The notes under the pieces: generated by a model
Told to the model about the DNA's origin: nothing
Seen by the model: the letters and a program-made list of their open reading frames with translations, nothing else
The model's database searches: none
Made by a program: the position numbers and the translations under genes
Source of the DNA: an uncultured Holophaga sp.
Lineage (GTDB): Bacteria; Acidobacteriota; Holophagae; Holophagales; Holophagaceae
Length of the DNA stretch: 64,000 bases
Assembly (NCBI GenBank): GCA_963664825.1
Contig: OY761614.1
Location: 1,120,001-1,184,000, forward strand
Direction of reading: 5' to 3'
Shown here: positions 55,501 through 64,000 of the stretch, in pieces
Position numbering within the stretch: position 1 is the stretch's first letter
How the letters are laid out: every line of letters begins with the position of its first letter

Positions 55501-57476
55501 ACACCTTCCAGCTCTACGAGAAGGAAGACATGATCAGCGCCCTGCTGGCAGATAACAGCGACCGGCGGAAGCGACAGAAGGATCTGGATATACGGGTGAT
55601 CGTGGGGAATCCGCCGTATTCCGCCAAGCAGGAGAGCGCCAACGACAATAACGCCAACGTGGCCTACCCCAGTCTGGACGAACGCATCCGAGCCACCTAC
55701 GCCGCCAGATCCACCGCCACCAACAAGAACGCCCTCTACGACAGCTACATCCGGGCCATCCGCTGGGCCAGTGACCGCATCGGGAAGAGCGGCATCATCG
55801 GGTTCGTAACCAACGCGGGATGGGTGGAAGCCAACACCGCAGCCGGACTCCGCAAGTGCTTGGTCGAGGAGTTCTCCTCCATTCATGTCTTCCACCTCCG
55901 GGGCAACCAGCGAACCCAGGGGGAGTTGTCACGCAGGGAAGGAGGAAAGATTTTCGGCGGGGGTAGCCGCGCCCCCATCGCCATCTCCTTCCTTGTGAAG
56001 AACCCCGCCGCGAATAAGCAGGGCCAGATCCGCTTCCACGACATCGGTGACTACCTAAGCCGCGAAGAAAAGCTTCAAAAAATCATCGAGTTTCAGGACA
56101 TCGCGGGGATCGAGAGCGCCAAAGGTTGGCAGGCCATCGCCCCTGATGACCACGGGGACTGGCTCAAGCAGCGTGATGACAGCTTCGGTGAGTTCATCGC
56201 TATCGGGGACAAGGAGAACGTGGGGGCAAAGGCACTGTTTGAGAATTACTCACGTGGCCTTGAAACAGCTCGAGATCCTTGGGTTTTCAATATGTCCCGT
56301 GAAGCGCTGATTTTGAACATGAAACGCATGATTGCTTGTTACAACATGCAAGTTGCTTCCTTCGAGAGAGAACACACTGGTCTAGATCGCAAATCGAAAG
56401 CTGAAATTGCCGGGAATTACATCGAAACAGACTCAACTCAAATTAGTTGGTCAAGCAGCCTTGTGGCACATCTAGTTTCTTCAAAAAGAGCGGAGTTTGA
56501 GACTACGAGATTAACGAAATCTCTATACAGACCCTATTCGAAGCAATGGGTTTATTACGACGGGATGTTCAACCATCGAGTTGGCCAAATGCCGAGCATA
56601 TTCCCAAATGCAGATGCTGAAAATTTGATAATCATGACAAAGGGAAATTGGAAAGGGGACGGCCAATTCGCAATAATCAGTAATTCCATAGCGGCACTCC
56701 AGGTTGATGGTGGCTCTCAGTGTTTCCCCCTCTACCTCTACGACGAGCCCACCAAGGGCACCCAGCCCGGCCTCTTCGACGAGGAGCCTCCCCAGCCCAC
56801 CCGCCGGGACGCCATCACGGACGAGGGCCTGGCTCACTTCCAGGCTGCCTATTCCGGAGAGAAGCTCACCAAGGAAGACCTCTTCTACTACGTCTACGGC
56901 CTGCTCCACTCCTCTGACTACCGCATGGCCTACGCCGACAACCTGGGCAAAGAGCTACCTCGCATCCCCTGCGTGAAGGAGGCCAACGCCTTCTGGGCCT
57001 TCTCCAAGGCGGGCCGCGCCCTGGCCGACCTCCATCTCAACTACGAAACGGTGAAGCCCCACCCCGTCGAGATGGTGGCCACGGGCCACCTTACCGATGC
57101 CGCCTACCGCGTGGAGAAGATGCGCTACGGCAAGACCAAGGTGGACGGCAGGGCCGTGGAGGACAAGACCACCCTGATCTACAACGACCACATCACCCTC
57201 AAGGGCATCCCCCTGGAGGCCTACGACTACGTGGTCAACGGCAAGAGCGCCCTGGATTGGGTCGTGGAGCGCCAGTGTGTGAAGACCGACAAGGACTCGG
57301 GCATCGTCAACGACGCCAACGCCTGGGCGTGTGAAACCATGGGCAACCCCAAATACCCCCTGGAACTCTTCATGCGCGTCATCACCGTCAGCCTGGAGAC
57401 CCAGAAGATCGTGAAGGGGCTCCCGCCATTGACGTCGATGGGAATTGCCAAATCTGCCAATCAAGATGATGATTAA
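52542..57476 (+). CDS. Type ISP restriction-modification enzyme (LlaGI/LlaBIII-like)
   Basis: GIDLV..AIQCK nuclease, MACGTGKT, DEAH, LSEGVDVP, QSVGRVMR, IDPFTGTGTF, GNPPY, C-terminal TRD. Confidence 0.93.
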   Translation: MSALAVLLSSFRQAAVTEREKGTYFEELTLAYLRNEPSYRDYYSDVWTYTEWAKSQGLDGKDAGIDLVARAAGTGEFHAIQCKFYAPDYKVQKADIDSFFTASGKKIFTHRIIVATTNLWSEHAEDALRDQQPPVTKIDLQALEESQIDWSQFKPKAAPVLKPKKQLRPHQVDAFKTVTSGLLEAARGKLIMACGTGKTFTSLKIAEALAGKGKRVLFLVPSLALLSQALTEWTQESGTPLHSFAVCSDSDVGKKRNSDEDIVQTFTHELRYPATTEPSRLAAEMAKRQDAGHMSVVFSTYHSIEVIHQAQHDHGLEAFDLIVCDEAHRTTGATFGDQDESAFVRVHDADYIRAAKRLYMTATPRIYGDGAKAAAEKNDIAICSMDDEALYGKQLHVITFSEAVKRGLLVDYKVLVLAVEESHISRSLQKLLADGDNQLRVDDAAKIVGCWKALAKQGVTHDLNGDESPMKRAVAFCQVIEPGGPKAKTHKVSSKNIAGMFQAVVEAYQAQEEIEETSRLICEAAHVDGSMNATEKEAKLNWLKADSPENTCRILSNVRCLSEGVDVPALDAVLFLTPRNSQVDVVQSVGRVMRNAPGKKRGYVILPVVIPAGVEPHEALNDNRTYAVVWQALQALRSHDDRFDAMINKLELNGPDPRKMEVIAVCGKVPTKVSKGCSASQKKLPRQGSQTIGVAETPVAYQAPLPFEIGEIERAIYAKVVQKCGNRHHWEEWAGDIARIARTHIDRITAILEAPEHRKEQAAFKAFADELRDDLNDSITNAEVVEMLAQHLITKPVFDSLFSGYSFASQNPISQAMQGVLDVLQEHRLEKGTGTLEAFYESVRMRADGIENAEGKQKIVVELYDKFFRNAFPKMTERLGIVYTPVEVVDFILHSVNHLLKTEFGQTLGSKGVHIIDPFTGTGTFITRLLQSGLIQPGELEHKYRHEIHANEIVLLAYYIAAINIEATYHDLAGGAYVPFEGICLTDTFQLYEKEDMISALLADNSDRRKRQKDLDIRVIVGNPPYSAKQESANDNNANVAYPSLDERIRATYAARSTATNKNALYDSYIRAIRWASDRIGKSGIIGFVTNAGWVEANTAAGLRKCLVEEFSSIHVFHLRGNQRTQGELSRREGGKIFGGGSRAPIAISFLVKNPAANKQGQIRFHDIGDYLSREEKLQKIIEFQDIAGIESAKGWQAIAPDDHGDWLKQRDDSFGEFIAIGDKENVGAKALFENYSRGLETARDPWVFNMSREALILNMKRMIACYNMQVASFEREHTGLDRKSKAEIAGNYIETDSTQISWSSSLVAHLVSSKRAEFETTRLTKSLYRPYSKQWVYYDGMFNHRVGQMPSIFPNADAENLIIMTKGNWKGDGQFAIISNSIAALQVDGGSQCFPLYLYDEPTKGTQPGLFDEEPPQPTRRDAITDEGLAHFQAAYSGEKLTKEDLFYYVYGLLHSSDYRMAYADNLGKELPRIPCVKEANAFWAFSKAGRALADLHLNYETVKPHPVEMVATGHLTDAAYRVEKMRYGKTKVDGRAVEDKTTLIYNDHITLKGIPLEAYDYVVNGKSALDWVVERQCVKTDKDSGIVNDANAWACETMGNPKYPLELFMRVITVSLETQKIVKGLPPLTSMGIAKSANQDDD

Positions 57477-57504
57477 ACGTCACTAACAATTTAGGAGTCC
57501 AGCA

Positions 57505-59442
57505 ATGGCCCTATACGATTTATCAGTTGATCGCGACCACATTACAAGCTTGTCGAAGGGTAGTCCTATCCTTGCGATTGCCGAATTACTTTGGAATGCC
57601 TGGGACGCAGACGCCAAAAACATAGTTGTGAAAATTGCGAGGACCGGGCTCAATGGTATTGAAAAAATAACAGTTACAGATGACGGCAATGGTCTTGAAG
57701 GAAAAGACCCAGAACCTCTATTTACTAAAATTGGTGGTAGTTGGAAAAATTTAGCAAAAAGAACCCCGACTGGAAGACCGCTTCACGGAGAGCGTGGGAG
57801 GGGGAGACTCAAGGCACTTTCGATTGGAGACCAAATTCGCTGGCAAATACCAGACAGATCTTCAAAAAAACTTCATCAGATATCCCTTAACGCAGGAACA
57901 ATAAATAAAATTGAATTAAGTAGTGTTGATATAGAAGATAGTTCAGAACGAAAATCTGTTGTAGAAATTACAGAAATTGGAGACAGGGCTGGAGAACTAT
58001 TAAATAGAGACAAGGTAGAATCTATTCTTGCAATTCATTTCGCGCTATCAATAAAAAATTATCCAATTGTTTCGATCAAATTTGACGGCAAAAAAATTGA
58101 CCCATCCATATTGATTGAGGAAAGCACTTCAATTCCCATTCCAATTATCCATGAAGGTAAGGCATACAATCCAATTCTTGAGATCATTCACTGGAAGCAT
58201 AAAACAGAAAGAAAACTATATATTTGCGACTACAAAGGTAGAATTCTTAACGATACAGATGTAAAACTAAAACCAGGGTCAGAGTTTAATTTTTGCGCAT
58301 ATATTAGGTCTGATGAATTTCTTGATTCGATTGGCGATTCAAACGACATAATTATATCAGGCGGTCTGTGCAATAAAATCCTTGAAGAGGCCAGGGATCA
58401 AATGCGCACCTATTTTAGAGAAAAGAAAGCCTTAGCTGCGTCCGGATTGGTTAAATCCTGGAAGGATGAGGGCATATATCCCTTTGAAGAGGACTCAAAT
58501 GACCCTGTAGAAGTAGTCAAGCGTCAAGTTTTTGACATCTGCGCCTACAACATAAACGAATACTTAGATGGTTTTTCGAACCATGATACACAATCTAGAC
58601 AACTCACTTTTTATATGCTTAGCGAAGCAATTAATGAACATCCATCAGCACTGAAGCGCATATTTGAAAAAGTGTTGAAACTGCCAAAGGACAAGCTAGA
58701 AGACCTTGCGGACATATTTGACCAGGCTGATATTGGCAAAGTCCTTGAGGCAACCCAAATGTCTCTTGGAAGACTTGCATTCCTTGACGGATTAAATGCT
58801 CTTATTTTTAACGACGAAAATTCAAAGCTATTGGGAGAAAAACACCACCTACACGCCATGCTGGAGCACGAACCATGGGTGTTTGGTGAGGAATATGCCC
58901 TTGCGGCAAGCGAAGTGACGCTTACTACACTACTTAAAAGGCACCTACCCAAGCTGAGGCCTGGCGAAAAAATAAAGGATGTCAAATCAACAACTGGGAA
59001 GTCACTTCGAATAGATATGCTTCTTGGGTGTGAGATTGGGACAGGTTCAAAAGAATTTAAGGAATTTCTCGTTGTCGAACTTAAAAGACCAAGCGTAGTG
59101 ATCGGACTTAAAGAACAAAATCAATTACAGGAATATGCCCACGCTGTGTCAGAGGATCCTCAATTTGACAAAAAGAACACAAAGTGGACTTTTATCATTG
59201 TGAGTAAGGATTTGCATCCAATTATTGAAAAAGCTGTTGCGCAAGATCATTTACCTCCAGGTTTCTTTCAGGCAAATTCGAACCTTAAAATCGGCGCAAT
59301 GACTTGGGGACAAATTCTCACTAGAAGCCGCGCTCGCCTTCAGTGGTATAGAGAGGCCATGAGTTTCGATCTAAATGAATCTCAAGCTCTTGATTACATG
59401 CGGAAAAAATATAGCGAATACTTACCATCTAAGCTAAAATAA
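57505..59442 (+). CDS. GHKL (MORC/HATPase_c_3-like) ATPase fused to PD-(D/E)xK nuclease; AT-rich
   Basis: AIAELLWNAWDADA, TDDGNG, GERGRGR; C-terminal HEPWVFGEEY, RIDMLL..VVELKRP..QLQEYA. Confidence 0.85.
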   Translation: MALYDLSVDRDHITSLSKGSPILAIAELLWNAWDADAKNIVVKIARTGLNGIEKITVTDDGNGLEGKDPEPLFTKIGGSWKNLAKRTPTGRPLHGERGRGRLKALSIGDQIRWQIPDRSSKKLHQISLNAGTINKIELSSVDIEDSSERKSVVEITEIGDRAGELLNRDKVESILAIHFALSIKNYPIVSIKFDGKKIDPSILIEESTSIPIPIIHEGKAYNPILEIIHWKHKTERKLYICDYKGRILNDTDVKLKPGSEFNFCAYIRSDEFLDSIGDSNDIIISGGLCNKILEEARDQMRTYFREKKALAASGLVKSWKDEGIYPFEEDSNDPVEVVKRQVFDICAYNINEYLDGFSNHDTQSRQLTFYMLSEAINEHPSALKRIFEKVLKLPKDKLEDLADIFDQADIGKVLEATQMSLGRLAFLDGLNALIFNDENSKLLGEKHHLHAMLEHEPWVFGEEYALAASEVTLTTLLKRHLPKLRPGEKIKDVKSTTGKSLRIDMLLGCEIGTGSKEFKEFLVVELKRPSVVIGLKEQNQLQEYAHAVSEDPQFDKKNTKWTFIIVSKDLHPIIEKAVAQDHLPPGFFQANSNLKIGAMTWGQILTRSRARLQWYREAMSFDLNESQALDYMRKKYSEYLPSKLK

Positions 59443-59932
59443 TTGTCGTGAATATAAATTAATTCACCAAATAATCAATACGTGCCAGCACTTTTTATAT
59501 GTTTTTTGCATTTTATCATCCCCAATCAAATGTCGTTTACTCGACGTAGGGTGCGAAAAGGGATGGACACGCCAGCTAGGCCAGTCGGGCACCAGGCCCG
59601 ACGAGCCGCATCGAAGACAGCGATGCGCTCGGCTGATACACCGTGAAAGTTGGTGGTGAGACAGCCCCATGGCCGCGCCCGTGGGAAGTCCCAGTAGGCC
59701 GCCAGCGTGGGCCAGTGCTCGCTCTACTGGGGGTAAGGCGGCTGTAGAGGTTGAGGAGACTCTGGGCCTGTTCTTGCGTGTAGTGAGCTTGTGGCAAAGT
59801 GCCCTCCCAATACTGAGCCCCTTCCATCATGAACAGAATTCAGCGCACAGACAGCAGGAGACCCCACACACAGGCATGGAGCCTCCTTTCAGGCTGGGTT
59901 GTCGCCGTGAATCGGACCCTGCACTTCATCCA

Positions 59933-59990
59933 TGTCCCAAGTGCCCCAGCCGGCCCAGATTAAGTCGTAGCGAAGGCTTCCGATGGGACA
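59933..59990. repeat. Iteron-like TGGGACA cluster at the 3' end of the primase gene
   Basis: TGTCCCAAGTGCCCCA (59933-59948) and TTCCGATGGGACA (59978-59990). Confidence 0.55.
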
Positions 59991-62785
59991 CTTACCATTG
60001 CGATTTGCCCCACGGGCTCATACTGCCCCGCCTCCCTCTGATCCCCCCAGAGCTTGGACAGGACGAGCACATAGAAGTCACTACGCCCTAAGCCGGGCAT
60101 CGTCCGCCGGGTAAGGAGGCGGGGGTGCCGCTCAAGGAGCAAACATCCCTTTTCATTCAAACGCTTCCACAGGGCCCCGGCAGAAACTCCGATGGGTTCC
60201 AGCTTGACCACCTCGGCATAGGCTGCGGTTCCAATCAGCCAGACCTCTCCTTTGCGCGGAGCCAGATAACCCAGCCTCGGCCCCTTGGGCTGCCCATCCT
60301 GCCACCCACAGCGGGATTCCCATTCCTTCGGGAGTTCTCCTGGCTCTCCATGGGCAAGGTGTCCGCGTCCAGAGGCCAGCACATCCATCAGCTGGGCTAG
60401 GAACCGCTCCGCAGGATCTGCATCTTTCACGATGGCCGTCTGGGCTCCAGTCATCTCCAGCACGGCGGCCCATAGACGGTGACCCAGGGCGTGCAGGTCA
60501 AACGCTGGCAGGATGCCACGCTCAGTGGAGAAGGCTGCTAAGACAGGCCAGACGCTCCAGAGGTCGGCGGCGATGTCTGCCGTGCGGTTGTTCTCACCAG
60601 CCATCCGAATCTTTTGGCGTGCCACCTTGTGGGCTTCCCGGCGAATACGGATGGACCGTTCTCGATCTTGGGCTTGCCACTGGATGAAGGCCGCCATCAA
60701 TCCGGCATGAAGTCCATTGGCCCTGTCTTCCTGGAGGCCATCCAAAACAGGCCAGCACATACTTCCTGCGGGCCACTCCAGACAGAGCACACGAGAGCGC
60801 AGGCTTTCACCACCCGGAAGATCTTCGCCTGTGCTCAAGACCAAGCCTCGTGGCACGTATGCTTGGCGCTGTGTCCTCGCATCGGAGGATAGGCGACCTC
60901 TGGAGGCCCGATTGAAGGCCCCACGAAGGAGGCGGTCGGCCTTTTTCATAAGGTCCGCCGTTTCCTTTGCATTGCCACCTGGGCGGAAGTCATCTACCAA
61001 GCCCAGGACGTCCTTGGCGAGGAAGAGGGTCCTCTCCATGGCCGAAGCTGTGCTCTCCCAGGATTCCAGAGATTGTTTCGCGTCAAGATCAGGCCCGAAA
61101 TGCCCGGCGGCGATGCTGGCGAGTTCTGTTTTCCCGCCCCCCTTGCTCCCGCTGATGTGCAGAGAGAAGGGGCACTCTTCCACCACAGCTCGGAAGGGAG
61201 CCAGCCAAACGGGCACAGTCACAGACTCTGGGCCGACATCAAGGAGTTTAGCGCTGGATCGGAAGGCCCTCATCAGATCCTCTGCTTGCAGGGGTGCCCC
61301 CAAGTTGAAAAGGGCTAGGCGTGCTGAAAGATCCAGTTCGACTCCAGGCACTGGACCATCCGGTCCGATGGCGCCCCCAGCGTGCAAAAAGCACCATATT
61401 CCTTCCAGCCTTCGCCATCCAGTGTTCAGGTAGGTCCGTCTGTGGATGGGCCTAGAGAGGTGCTGAATCGCGGCTCGAAGCTGGTCTTTGGTGGAGGTTC
61501 CAGGGTTGATGATGGCTCTGGCGCCCCATGTCTTCATCGCCCAGCCCATTCCGGCGAAGGATTCCGCAAGAACTCTGGCCACTCCAAGGGACTCACCGGT
61601 AGCCAGTCGACCGCCAACCAGGAAGAGGAACTCCTCGCTCTCCCCATCATCCATGACCACTTCTTCCCTGATCCGGGCCGTGAAGTTGCAAAGAGGCTTC
61701 GGTGCCCCTCCCGGAACATCGATGCTCATCCGACCTTCGTGAATCAGATAGGCTCCAGAGCGATTTGGCAAGTCGAGATGGCCTGAATGGGAGGCCGTCC
61801 TTTGCCCCAGGTCGACTTCAACGGCACCGTCGAGAAGGGCTCTAAGCTCCACTCCGGCAGGCACGGGGTCCGCCAAATCCCATCCGCCTCGTTGGGACTT
61901 CCCAGGTTTGCACCAAGCCTTGATGGGCTCAGGCAGTAATACACGGCGCAGAGAATGGGGTCCGATGGCACGAAGGCTGGATTCCACGGCTAGGGCATAC
62001 TTCTCCCCTGCTTCATCGGCATCCGGCCATATGGCGACGTCTCTGTCAGCAAGAGGGCTCCAATCGGCCTTCTTGGCGCTCTGGGCGCTCCCGGATGTCA
62101 CTGCCACCCAGTCTGGGAAGCACACCTCGGCTGCAAGCGCGGTCTTCTCGCCTTCTACAATCAGGACTGGAGCATCAGGGCGAAGGGCCAAGCGGTCCAG
62201 CCCGAAGAGGGGTCGGGGCTCCAATAGATCAAGGCTCTTCCAGCCGAAACGCACTGGGGCCAGTTCACACCACGTAAAGGGCCGCAGTATTTTTCCTTGC
62301 GCGGGCTCTGAGGTCCGCACTGTCACTTTAAGGAGCAGCCCCGCCGAGTTCCGCCACTCCCACCGACCCTCTTCGTTTCGCTGAATCGGAAGCGATGGCG
62401 CATCGACTGGAACCGGCGTCACTACGCGAGGGAAGGCCGGATGTTTTGGTTTCCGAGTCGGTGTTGCGCTGGGGGCTGTCTCCTGGAATCCCAGGCACTC
62501 CATCAGCCATCGAGCGGCCTCTGCCTGCCTGTTCCCCAGGAGGAAGGCCACCAGCGAAACGGGATCAGCCCCACCTTCCCCTGAAGCGAAATCTTTCCAA
62601 ACCCCTTTGTCCAGGTTGATGGAGAAGCTCCCTGGCGCTGAATCCGCCCGGTGCGGGTTTCGGATGAGCAGTTCCCGCCCTTCCAAGCGCCCTTCCTGCC
62701 CAGTAAGTTCCGCCACTATGTCCTTGAGGTGTGGAAGGGCTTCGGCGTTGATTCGGTCAAACTCCAAACGAGGCCGAGCAATCAT
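59960..62785 (-). CDS. Toprim primase fused to P-loop helicase (DUF927-like) replication protein
   Basis: NPHRAD..GSFSIN..WKDFA, VLIVEGEKTA, IWPDADEAG, WDLAD, GSKGGGKT, VDDF; start MIARP. Confidence 0.85.
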   Translation of the reverse strand: MIARPRLEFDRINAEALPHLKDIVAELTGQEGRLEGRELLIRNPHRADSAPGSFSINLDKGVWKDFASGEGGADPVSLVAFLLGNRQAEAARWLMECLGFQETAPSATPTRKPKHPAFPRVVTPVPVDAPSLPIQRNEEGRWEWRNSAGLLLKVTVRTSEPAQGKILRPFTWCELAPVRFGWKSLDLLEPRPLFGLDRLALRPDAPVLIVEGEKTALAAEVCFPDWVAVTSGSAQSAKKADWSPLADRDVAIWPDADEAGEKYALAVESSLRAIGPHSLRRVLLPEPIKAWCKPGKSQRGGWDLADPVPAGVELRALLDGAVEVDLGQRTASHSGHLDLPNRSGAYLIHEGRMSIDVPGGAPKPLCNFTARIREEVVMDDGESEEFLFLVGGRLATGESLGVARVLAESFAGMGWAMKTWGARAIINPGTSTKDQLRAAIQHLSRPIHRRTYLNTGWRRLEGIWCFLHAGGAIGPDGPVPGVELDLSARLALFNLGAPLQAEDLMRAFRSSAKLLDVGPESVTVPVWLAPFRAVVEECPFSLHISGSKGGGKTELASIAAGHFGPDLDAKQSLESWESTASAMERTLFLAKDVLGLVDDFRPGGNAKETADLMKKADRLLRGAFNRASRGRLSSDARTQRQAYVPRGLVLSTGEDLPGGESLRSRVLCLEWPAGSMCWPVLDGLQEDRANGLHAGLMAAFIQWQAQDRERSIRIRREAHKVARQKIRMAGENNRTADIAADLWSVWPVLAAFSTERGILPAFDLHALGHRLWAAVLEMTGAQTAIVKDADPAERFLAQLMDVLASGRGHLAHGEPGELPKEWESRCGWQDGQPKGPRLGYLAPRKGEVWLIGTAAYAEVVKLEPIGVSAGALWKRLNEKGCLLLERHPRLLTRRTMPGLGRSDFYVLVLSKLWGDQREAGQYEPVGQIAMVSVPSEAFATT

Positions 62786-62800
62786 TGGAGGCCCCCCAAC

Positions 62801-62902
62801 TGTGGGACGATTGGGACAAGCCTGGACCAACTCCAGACAGCGCTGTCCCATCGGAAATTCCGATCATTGTTGGGGAAGGGACATTTGGGACACTTGGGAC
62901 AA
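62801..62902. repeat. Iteron-like TGGGACA cluster upstream of the primase gene
   Basis: TGGGACGA-TTGGGACA, TGTCCCA, AGGGACA-TTTGGGACA-CTTGGGACA. Confidence 0.65.
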
Positions 62903-63027
62903 GAAAGAAAACCCCAGCGTCGTCGTTGCCTTCGCTCACTTGTATCCATTGAAACCCCCTGGGTAGAGGGAGAGCGATCCATAGACCTTCCGGGCGAATT
63001 GCAGTAATCCCACATCCTGGCGACCCT

Positions 63028-63363
63028 TTACCGCAATACCGGCTTACGCGCCGCTTCAAGCTGCGTCACTAAGGTTCGGATCTCGACATCAGTCATCCCT
63101 GCGATGCGCGCCGCGTTCAGGGCTGCAACCTCGTGCTCGGGCCAGCCTACTGCCCTGGCTCCCAGCAATACAGGGCGAGGGAAAAGCCCCTGCTTGATAT
63201 CAGTGTAGTGAGTGCTGCGCGACCGTCCCCGCGCCTTGAGGACCTGTCGCAGTCGGAGAATGGCGTAAGAGTCCGTGCTCAGCCCGTTCCGTGACGGGAG
63301 TTCATCCATATCAGGATGGGCACTCACCGGTTTTAGAAGTGCGTGATTGAGTTGATGTCTCAT
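63028..63363 (-). CDS. AlpA-family phage regulator/excisionase
   Basis: ILRLRQVLKARGRSRSTHYTDIKQGLFPRPVLLGARAVGW; start uncertain. Confidence 0.9.
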   Translation of the reverse strand: MRHQLNHALLKPVSAHPDMDELPSRNGLSTDSYAILRLRQVLKARGRSRSTHYTDIKQGLFPRPVLLGARAVGWPEHEVAALNAARIAGMTDVEIRTLVTQLEAARKPVLR

Positions 63364-63464
63364 GGGTTCTCCCAGCATCCGGCTCAAGCCCGAGCCGTCC
63401 TATGCCAGGAAGGATCTCTTCCAATAGATCTGAAAATTTTCGACCTACCTCGACTTACTAAAAA

Positions 63465-63995
63465 TCACACCCAGGGCATAGCCGAAGGCCGCAGCCGACC
63501 CTGCCCCTTTGGCTCCAGTTCGGCCTTTGCGGCCAATCGGAATCGTTCTTCCGAGGGCAGGTGGTTGAACGCCTTGAAATCGCTAACCCCTTCCGCCTTG
63601 AAGAACTTCTGCCAAGCCCGTTGGGTAGCGATGGCCTTCCGGATGGGATCCGGCCCCATGGTCCAATCCCGAGGCCCCTCGTCGCCGATGGCCATGGCAT
63701 AGATCTTCGCTACAAATTGTTCAAAGAAAGTTCCATCCAAGTCCCGGCGCCCAGACTTGCTCTGCCGGGCGGACTTATGGCCGACCACTCGTTCGAAGAC
63801 GATGATGCAGCTAAAGGCCAGGGTATCCTTCAATGAGGCCTGACGGCGACGCTGAGCAAAAGTGGTCCTGCCACCACAATCAGCGCCCCCAACTTCCAGT
63901 AGAAGGAGTTCATAGGCCCAATCCAACACTTCCAGCAAGACATCGGGGCGGCACTCCCACTTCGGGCGCCCAGTCTCCAGCCTCACGGCATCCAT
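63465..63995 (-). CDS. Hypothetical island protein (may start beyond the window)
   Basis: 176-aa ORF co-oriented with alpA, where such islands often carry a gene between integrase and alpA; no recognised motif. Confidence 0.5.
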   Translation of the reverse strand: MDAVRLETGRPKWECRPDVLLEVLDWAYELLLLEVGGADCGGRTTFAQRRRQASLKDTLAFSCIIVFERVVGHKSARQSKSGRRDLDGTFFEQFVAKIYAMAIGDEGPRDWTMGPDPIRKAIATQRAWQKFFKAEGVSDFKAFNHLPSEERFRLAAKAELEPKGQGRLRPSAMPWV

Positions 63996-64000
63996 GGGAT

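Larger units (their letters stand above)
49334..64000 (-). mobile_element. P4/satellite-like integrative island (distal part; integrase expected beyond the window)
   Basis: att-like end, AlpA, Toprim primase-helicase, iteron-like repeats, defence cargo and abrupt GC shifts. Confidence 0.75.

Noticed and set aside
59464..59930. Small ORFs downstream of the primase (59576-59830, 59464-59670)
   Set aside because: No motifs, and a strong RBS leads only to a 16-codon ORF; possibly a decayed gene, but not supportable.
62782..63015. 77-aa ORF with CPKCPKCP resembling a metal-binding peptide
   Set aside because: The Cys pattern is simply the translation of the TGTCCCAA repeats.

Overview
GC-rich bacterial chromosome segment; the 16S sequence and gene content suggest Acidobacteriota/Holophagae (Geothrix/Holophaga-like), which is my recognition and not a database result. 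1-13.3 kb is core genome: thrS-infC-rpmI-rplT-pheS, a complete minus-strand rRNA operon (16S-tRNA-Ala-tRNA-Ile-23S-5S), galU, mnmG and pssA. 13.5-31 kb is a sulfur/Fe-S-flavoured cluster: ArsR-TolC-MFP-RND-DUF2892, DUF134, Lrp plus methionine gamma-lyase-like enzyme, cysteine desulfidase-like enzyme, a NifB/NifX-MinD/ferredoxin-Mrp operon, then thiM-thiE. 31-42 kb holds a PocR hybrid kinase, LysR, a partial chemosensory operon and MarR-MFS. 42-46.6 kb is a triple-nested IS stack (ISL3 inside IS66 inside an IS3-like element). 46.6-49 kb has an orphan HsdM-like gene whose NPPF motif is replaced, followed by a HEPN/MNT pair and a YhcG stub. From 49.33 kb to the window end is the distal part of a probable P4/satellite-like island integrated at a tmRNA-type 3' end, carrying AlpA, a primase-helicase with iteron-like repeats and a defence cargo (Mrr-like nuclease, Type ISP R-M with an AT-rich TRD, GHKL ATPase-nuclease, two unknown envelope genes). 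Best novelty candidates: the pseudo-methyltransferase/HEPN-MNT unit, the island defence cargo, and hairpin-rich elements inserted in frame in the RND gene.
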